Source: the human T2T-CHM13v2.0 reference genome, Homo sapiens. Taken from it: a stretch of DNA of 64,000 bases. The notes under the pieces were generated by a model. It was not told where the DNA came from. It made no database searches and saw nothing but the letters and a program-made list of their open reading frames with translations. The translations under genes were made by a program, and so were the position numbers. Of the stretch, positions 47,276 through 64,000 are shown piece by piece. The stretch lies in NCBI RefSeq assembly GCF_009914755.1, contig NC_060940.1. One strand, given 5' to 3'. Each line of letters opens with the position of its first letter. Positions within the stretch are counted from its first letter, which is position 1.

Positions 47276-47598
47276 CAGATGGATCTGTGTCTTACTTTCA
47301 ATATAAGCCATTTCGCTCTTATAACCAACTGTTCACTTTTTTTCTTCCAACAAATATCGCGAGAAAGATTTGCAGTGATTTTTTTTTTCCTATTTTAAAC
47401 AGGGAATCCTTGGATTTGTGTAACTTAATAGCACAAATTCTGCTCATATTGCTAAATGCTCATTAAAACTACTCTGGACAAACATTTTCAAATTTATATA
47501 CTCTGTAATTTTCACTATTTCAGAAATGTCAGACTTGGTTCTGAATTAATAGCATTTGACAAATTGATTCTCAAAACATTTGATCAACCATAGCAAAG

Positions 47599-47660
47599 AA
47601 ACTATACTATTCAAACTATACTATTCAAACTATACTATTAATGTTTGAATAGTATAGCTT
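47599..47660. repeat. 14-bp tandem repeat x3 followed by an inverted copy
   Basis: (aaactatactattc)x3, then gtttgaatagtatagctt. Confidence 0.85.
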
Positions 47661-47839
47661 ATTTAAAAACAGTTTGCATTTCTATTAATAAGACAATATT
47701 TTTTAATCTGTTAGCCATTTGTAGTCTCCTTTGCCTATTTAAAGAGCTCTATTTATATATGCAGTTTTGCAGTTAGAAGTTTGAAAGTGTTTTGTCCCAG
47801 ATTATCTTAATTTTTATCTGATTTTTTTGTTGTGTGTGG

Positions 47840-49780
<1,941 letters not shown>

Positions 49781-49859
49781 ACTATACATATTTTTGTTGT
49801 TTCATCAAATAAAACTTGTTTATTTTCATTTTTCTCTTTCCTTTGTTATATACATGTCT

Positions 49860-57870
<8,011 letters not shown>

Positions 57871-58419
57871 CTCAATTTTTTTTAAAACAATAGTTCCCTC
57901 CTATATTCCTTGTTTCTTTTTCTTGCTATTTGAGTTTGGTGTTTTAACCAGTTCTTTTTATCAATGTAAAGTATTTAAGGCTCTGACTTCTCCACTGAGC
58001 CAATTAAGTTCTGCAAGGTGATGGGACTAACATTCTGTGCCGTCCCACATGAGCATTTCCCCTTTCAAAGTGAGAAGGAAGTAGGATGGAAAAGCTGAGA
58101 CATATTCCAAATCGCTTTTGGTAACTTTACTTTTCAGGTTCACATATGTTAACAGAATCAATACACGATCAACTTGTTAAGTGATGTTACCAAATACTTA
58201 TTTGGCAAAGTACATCCTTGATCAATGCCTTAGTGATTCTATAGCTAAAATATTAGATGTTTTATTTTGGGGGGAGTGGGGAAATAGCATAGACCGTCAT
58301 TTAAACCTTCAGACAATTAGTGACTGTGTTGTACAAAAAAGATGGCGAAAGCCTTATCTAGATACCAAAATTCACATGTCATCCAACCTAGCTTACTCTT
58401 ATTTTTTCCATCAGTTTCT

Positions 58420-58668
58420 AGGGCTGTGCTATCCAATACTGTCGCAAATAGCCCCATGTGGCATCGGAGCACTTATGATGTGGCTAGTCCAAACTGAGTG
58501 TTGAGGAAAGTGTAAAATGCCAGATTTTGAAGACTTTTACCTTATGTTGATGTTTTAGATATTTTGAGCTAAATAATATGCTAACATGACCTTTTTAAAC
58601 TAATGTGGTTGCTAGAAACTTTCAAAATTATGTACGTGACTCGCCTCTTTCTAGTGGACAGTGCTGCT
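58420..58668. mobile_element. MER3-like hAT MITE
   Basis: 'ctgtgctatccaata..agccccatgtggc..gagcact..gtggctagtccaaactga..ggacagtgctg' with terminal inverted similarity. Confidence 0.6.
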
Positions 58669-58782
58669 CTGTCTTCCTCCATTAGCTCCGTTCCCTCTAG
58701 ATACACGTAACGCTGAGCCCAACAAGATCGCCTTCCTGTAACCATTTGAAGATAGCACCATGATGCTAGTTTAGTGTTTGCA

Positions 58783-58788
58783 TTTATT
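58783..58788 (-). terminator. POLR3E: Candidate POLR3E polyadenylation signal (AATAAA on the - strand)
   Basis: tttatt on the + strand about 720 nt downstream of the POLR3E stop. Alternative hexamers at 59218-59223 and 58261-58266. Confidence 0.55.
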
Positions 58789-59507
58789 TTAAAAATACAC
58801 AAAATAGAAATTTTTACATCAAAGTGTGATAACCTCACTTACACATTGTTCCATACTTACCTGGTTTTGTTTGCATCTTTCTGCAAACATTAAAAGGAGA
58901 TGGATTTGATTCTGATTTTTTTGCTATGGTTCATGTAAACAGTTGAGACTGCTACATAAAGTAGGTTGTTGTCAAAGGTGAAGTGGCCACAGAATCCCAA
59001 GAATAGAATAATTCAATTTGGTTTAATGAAATTGGTGGAGGTCTTAGCAGATAGATAATCCAAGACTAAATATTGTCTTCTAGGCATTTTAAAAATTAAG
59101 AACTTTGAGGTTTTCTTCATGTTGTAAACATAACTTAGACCTTGTTGGCATTAAGTTTACAAAAGAAAATATTAAACCATGATTTTTATCATCCTGCCCA
59201 TGTCAGTATACACTCTCTTTATTATGAGAATGAAACCAAATAATAAGCAAAATACATCAGGAATTTCAAATTGTACTGCAAAGAAGGTCCCAGCTGGTCT
59301 CTTCTGGGAGTGATCTAACTAACTTAAGCTGACCCTGTGACTGGCTGAGGATAATCCCTTCTGTCCACTGCACCGTGCAATGCCACAGGTCATGAGATGG
59401 TCAGTTCCTCTTGCTCTGTGTCGTCTGAAGCAAGTCGAGGCCCTACTTCTGGTTCCGCCCTTCTTCCTTGGGCTTAGATTTGCTGGGTTAGTAGTTTGCT
59501 ACTATTG

Positions 59508-59564
59508 TCAAGACTGTACTGTCCCTTTAAGGTACCACATGCCACCATAGCTTACACAGCAGTC
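59508..59564 (-). CDS. POLR3E: POLR3E (RPC5) last coding exon: DCCVSYGGMWYLKGTVQS*
   Basis: Acceptor tttctctctcatag|; 57 nt ending in TGA; recognised RPC5 C-terminus; not in the ORF track. Confidence 0.92.
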   Translation of the reverse strand, partial: DCCVSYGGMWYLKGTVQS

Positions 59565-59738
59565 CTATGAGAGAGAAACAGGGTAAGCACAGATTTTTGC
59601 AGGAAAAGGAGCTAATTACATTCTGTCCACAATGTCAACACTCGATTTATGATTAGTGAATAGAATACAAATGGGAAATCAAAAACTGCCTAACCATACC
59701 ACCATGGCTACTACCAGCCACCCTTTCCTCAGGGGTAG

Positions 59739-60107
<369 letters not shown>

Positions 60108-61022
60108 TAGGAGGCTGAGGCAGGAGAATTGCTTGAAACTGGGAGGTAGAGGTTGCGGTGAGCCGAGATTGTGCTACTGCACTCTAGCCTGGGCAACAAG
60201 AGCAAAACTCCATCTCAAAAAAAAAAAAAAAAAAAAAAAAGGGGGTCTACGAAATACAGATACTGACATGCCCAGAACAAGGGTGCTTAAAAAACAGTAT
60301 TACTTATATGGCTCTGGATGTTTAATCAAAACAAGACATTGTCATCAGTTTTCTGTCTCTCAGTGTTGCTGCAAATATGGTTGGTATTTGTACTACAGTC
60401 ACTTCAGAAAAGCATTATAGGTTGTACATTAGGTGCTTTCATATAGTAAACAGATCATATTCCTTTTTAAACTAAATTTAAGAATGGATTCTACTGAAAG
60501 TCATGTGTGTGGCTATGGCAACAATCAGAAGATAGTTCAAAATTCAAGGGAGAGTAGAGTGAGGATTCTCAACTAGGCCCTATCATTTTAGAAGACGCCT
60601 ACCCACTGCCAAGCTCATCCAACCTACCATATTTTTTTGTTGTTCTATTGTTTTAGGCTCTTAGCAGCCTGAAGCCATGGTTTTTAGTTTCTGTCTCTAG
60701 TGACAAGCAGAGAAGAGGGATGAAAGGGGCATTACTGGCCTGGCCCAACCAGAAAGAGAAACAAAGCATCCATGGCTGTATTCTTTCCCTTGGACACCAC
60801 TGTGACTATATTGTTTGAAGGGGTCAGTCCTCTGGCACATACCCCCTTCCCCAACCAATGCCAATCAATCAATCATTAACAGTTGCTCAAGACAAGACTG
60901 ACTGGGGAGTGGTCCCAAGGAAGCCTGATTTCATATACACAAAGACACTAGAGTCCCTTCTACACACTGTCAGCCCCTTCCAGAGCCTTTGATATTGTTT
61001 GTTATGCACAAAATGGATGTAC

Positions 61023-61148
61023 CTTTAGTACTTTATCCACCTCCTGTTTACTGAGATCTTCTCCACACTCTTGAGTCAACCGAGACTGGATCATGTTTCG
61101 GCGTACCCGGTAATTTTTGGAAAAAATTTCAAGCAAAACCTGTCGATG
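61023..61148 (-). CDS. POLR3E: POLR3E penultimate coding exon: HRQVLLEIFSKNYRVRRNMIQSRLTQECGEDLSKQEVDKVLK
   Basis: Acceptor ctactaaag|, donor AAG|gtacat; 126 nt, phase 0, splices in frame to the last exon. Earlier exons were not found and probably lie beyond 64000. Confidence 0.92.
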
Positions 61149-62184
61149 CTTTAGTAGCAAAAACACGTTATGATGGGAAACAGTGATCTAAAAAGAGAAA
61201 CATCCCCAAACAAGACACCCAAGCCATGCACCTGACTTTGTGTTGCAGTCTCTGATAAAAACCCTCACGCAGCACCTCTGGTTAAAGATGAGCCAAGTCA
61301 TCTCTAGAGACCCAGCAAGACAGTGTACAGAAATAAAAACACAAAAGTAAAGGCATTAATGCTATGTCTGGAAACTTGAATATAAATAAAAACAAAGGTA
61401 TATGCCAGCATAACAAAAGAACTGGTGAAGAGACATGAGAGGATGAGTGGCTTGAACATATTTCTGCATGGTAAAATGCAGGCGTGCATCGGACTTAGCA
61501 AGCAGGTGAAGCGACAATCTAAGCTGCACGGAGATGAGAAGAGGGTGTCAAAATTGGTGTGAAGTCTTAATGCACAAACATGCCACTGCATCCATGAAAC
61601 AGGATGCCGTAAAATACGTTACACCCCAAAATAAAAATGGAAAAGATTGGATTCAGTATGTCTAATATCTGTCATAAGAATTCTGAAAAAAACAAAAAAA
61701 AGTAACAACTCACAGGATTTTATAAGAACTCAATTGTCTAGTACAATAATGACCCGCACCAGGGCACAGCTGAAATGGCACTGACTGATATACAGAATAA
61801 TGAAAAATTCTGCAGTTTGGCATAAAGGAAAGAATACAGGCCAAATTTAAAAGACCAAGAAGGAGAATGTTATGGAATTTCAACAACTCTGAAAACTTAA
61901 ACAATGGAAACTCTCTTAAAGATGCTTCATGCCGGGCGCAGAGGCTCACGCCTGCAATCCCAGCACTTGGGGAGACCGAGGCAGGCGGATTACCTGAGGT
62001 CAGGAGTTCGAGACCAGCCTGTCCAACGTGGTGAAACTCCGTCTCTACTAAAAATACAAAAATCAGCCACGCGTGGTGGCACACGCCTATAATCCCAGCT
62101 ACTCAGGAGGCTGAGGCGGAGGTTGCAGTGAGCCGAGATCGTGCCATTGCACTCCAGCCTGGCTGACAGAGGGAGACTCTGTCT

Positions 62185-62225
<41 letters not shown>

Positions 62226-62287
62226 GCTTCATGTATCACTATTTGTCTAGGACTAGAATTTTGAGAGGCAAATCATTTGATCACGTA

Positions 62288-62433
62288 AAAATAGAAACTT
62301 TGATAACCTCACACATTGTTCCATACTTAGCTGGTTTTGTTTGCATCTTTCTGCAAACATTAAGAGGAGATGGATTTGATTCTCCTTTTTTTTTGCTATG
62401 GTTCATGTAAACAGCTGACTGCTACATGAAGTA
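62288..62433. repeat. Diverged direct copy of POLR3E 3'UTR segment 58801-58963
   Basis: Shared blocks: tgataacctc, acacattgttccatactta, ctggttttgtttgcatctttctgcaaacattaa, ggagatggatttgattct, ttgctatggttcatgtaaacag, gactgctacat. Confidence 0.92.
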
Positions 62434-62755
62434 TCCTTTGCCTCTTAAAATTCTAGTCCCAGACAAACAGTAATACTGTATTGTAATCCATTTTAAGACA
62501 TGAAAGAATGCAGACAACTCCTCTGTCTCTTCAGAAGCTAAAGCAAGGAAGAAGCAGAGATTCCAGAATTCAGCAACAGACATGGGGAAGAGCGAGTCTC
62601 ACTGGAGAAGCAGAGGGAGAGGCTTCCCGGGAACCAGGCTTAATTAAGCAAAGTATCACCCTCGGTACACATGTGTTCAGAAAATTACACAAGTGAAAAC
62701 AGGAAGCAGTGAACAAGGAAATGCAATCATAGTATATTACTGATGTTTGGCTCTA

Positions 62756-63124
<369 letters not shown>

Positions 63125-64000
63125 CTATCTATCTCAAAAAAAAAAAAAAAACTGGCGTAACATATCTATCTCTACAGTCTCCTAAAATAGTTGAGAGCTA
63201 AATCTCATCCACCACAATGGGAAGCCCATTGCTAATGACAGGCTGATTTTTTTTTTTAAATGGGGGCAGCTATTTTAGTGGTATCTTTTGGTGATGTAAA
63301 TGCCTATGATCCTAGCACTTTGGGAGGCTGAGGCAGGAGAACTGCTTGAGGCCAGGAGTTCAAGACTAGCCTGGCCAACATAGTGAGACCCTGTTTCTAT
63401 TAAAAAAGTAGTAATAAAAGTGGTCACCTCTGAGGGGTGGCAGTCAGGTCCAGCAGTGCAAGAGCTTTCCTATTAAAACTTCTAGTCTGATTTGATGTTT
63501 AAAAATCTGCATTTATGACTTTTGTTTTTTTGCCTTTTTGTTATCAAAGTATTTCAGATACCCTCTATTCTGGACAAAAGCACTCAAGCTTGCTCAGGAA
63601 AAGGCCCCAGCCCCTTAGATCCTCAGCCTGCCAGTTGGCTCCCCTAAGAGGCAGCTGGGGACAGAGAGCTCAGTGGGATTTCTGCTGACTCCCTTCTCCC
63701 CACACCTTAGGAGCAGGGCCTAGACACGGTCAGACCGACTGGCGTTTCGACCATCAAATTAGGTACGTTCACGGCCTAAGAAAAGCTGGGATGCAGGGTC
63801 CATGACTACACCACACACACGCAAGGCGCTGCTGCTTCCACTCACATTTCTGGGCACTGGACACCTGTGACCCTCCCCATCACAGTATGACTAGAGGCAA
63901 AATGACCAATTTCTTTAACCTAAAAGTCCAGGACCTGACATCTGACAAGGAATCCTTTTGATTCCTGCTGCCAGAGGCCGCCTGAGAAATGTGCTTCACC

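Noticed and set aside
58853-58864. Possible U1 snRNA gene or pseudogene
   Set aside because: Identity to U1 ends after 12 nt; the following sequence is not U1. Treated as a U1-binding site on the opposite strand instead.

Overview
Primate (very likely human) genomic DNA, extremely rich in Alu and L1 repeats. The window holds the complete five-exon CDR2 gene (cerebellar degeneration-related protein 2) on the + strand. Its spliced CDS is 18905-18983, 28196-28308, 43360-43508, 43766-43930 and 45386-46244, giving 454 aa, with a CpG-island promoter and an AATAAA at 47252. Upstream on the - strand, head-to-head with CDR2, are two disabled exons of an MFSD13A/TMEM180 paralogue (MFSD13B pseudogene): one splice acceptor is AG>AA and there is an in-frame TAG. 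Downstream on the - strand, tail-to-tail with CDR2, are the last two coding exons and 3'UTR of POLR3E (RPC5). From memory this gene order is human 16p12.2. Almost all other ORFs in the track are Alu/L1 artefacts. I found no convincing wholly new biological system. The most interesting unexplained signals are: (i) a perfect U1 snRNA-binding site about 65 nt upstream of a POLR3E poly(A) signal, plus a ~150-bp copy of that 3'UTR segment in a POLR3E intron in which the GT is mutated to CT; (ii) a triple-CCAAT plus CHR cell-cycle promoter architecture at CDR2; (iii) a uORF and in-frame strong-context CTG codons in the CDR2 leader; (iv) inverted Alus bracketing CDR2 exons 3-4; (v) template-switch-like hairpins. 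Repeat boundaries and subfamily names are read by eye and are approximate.
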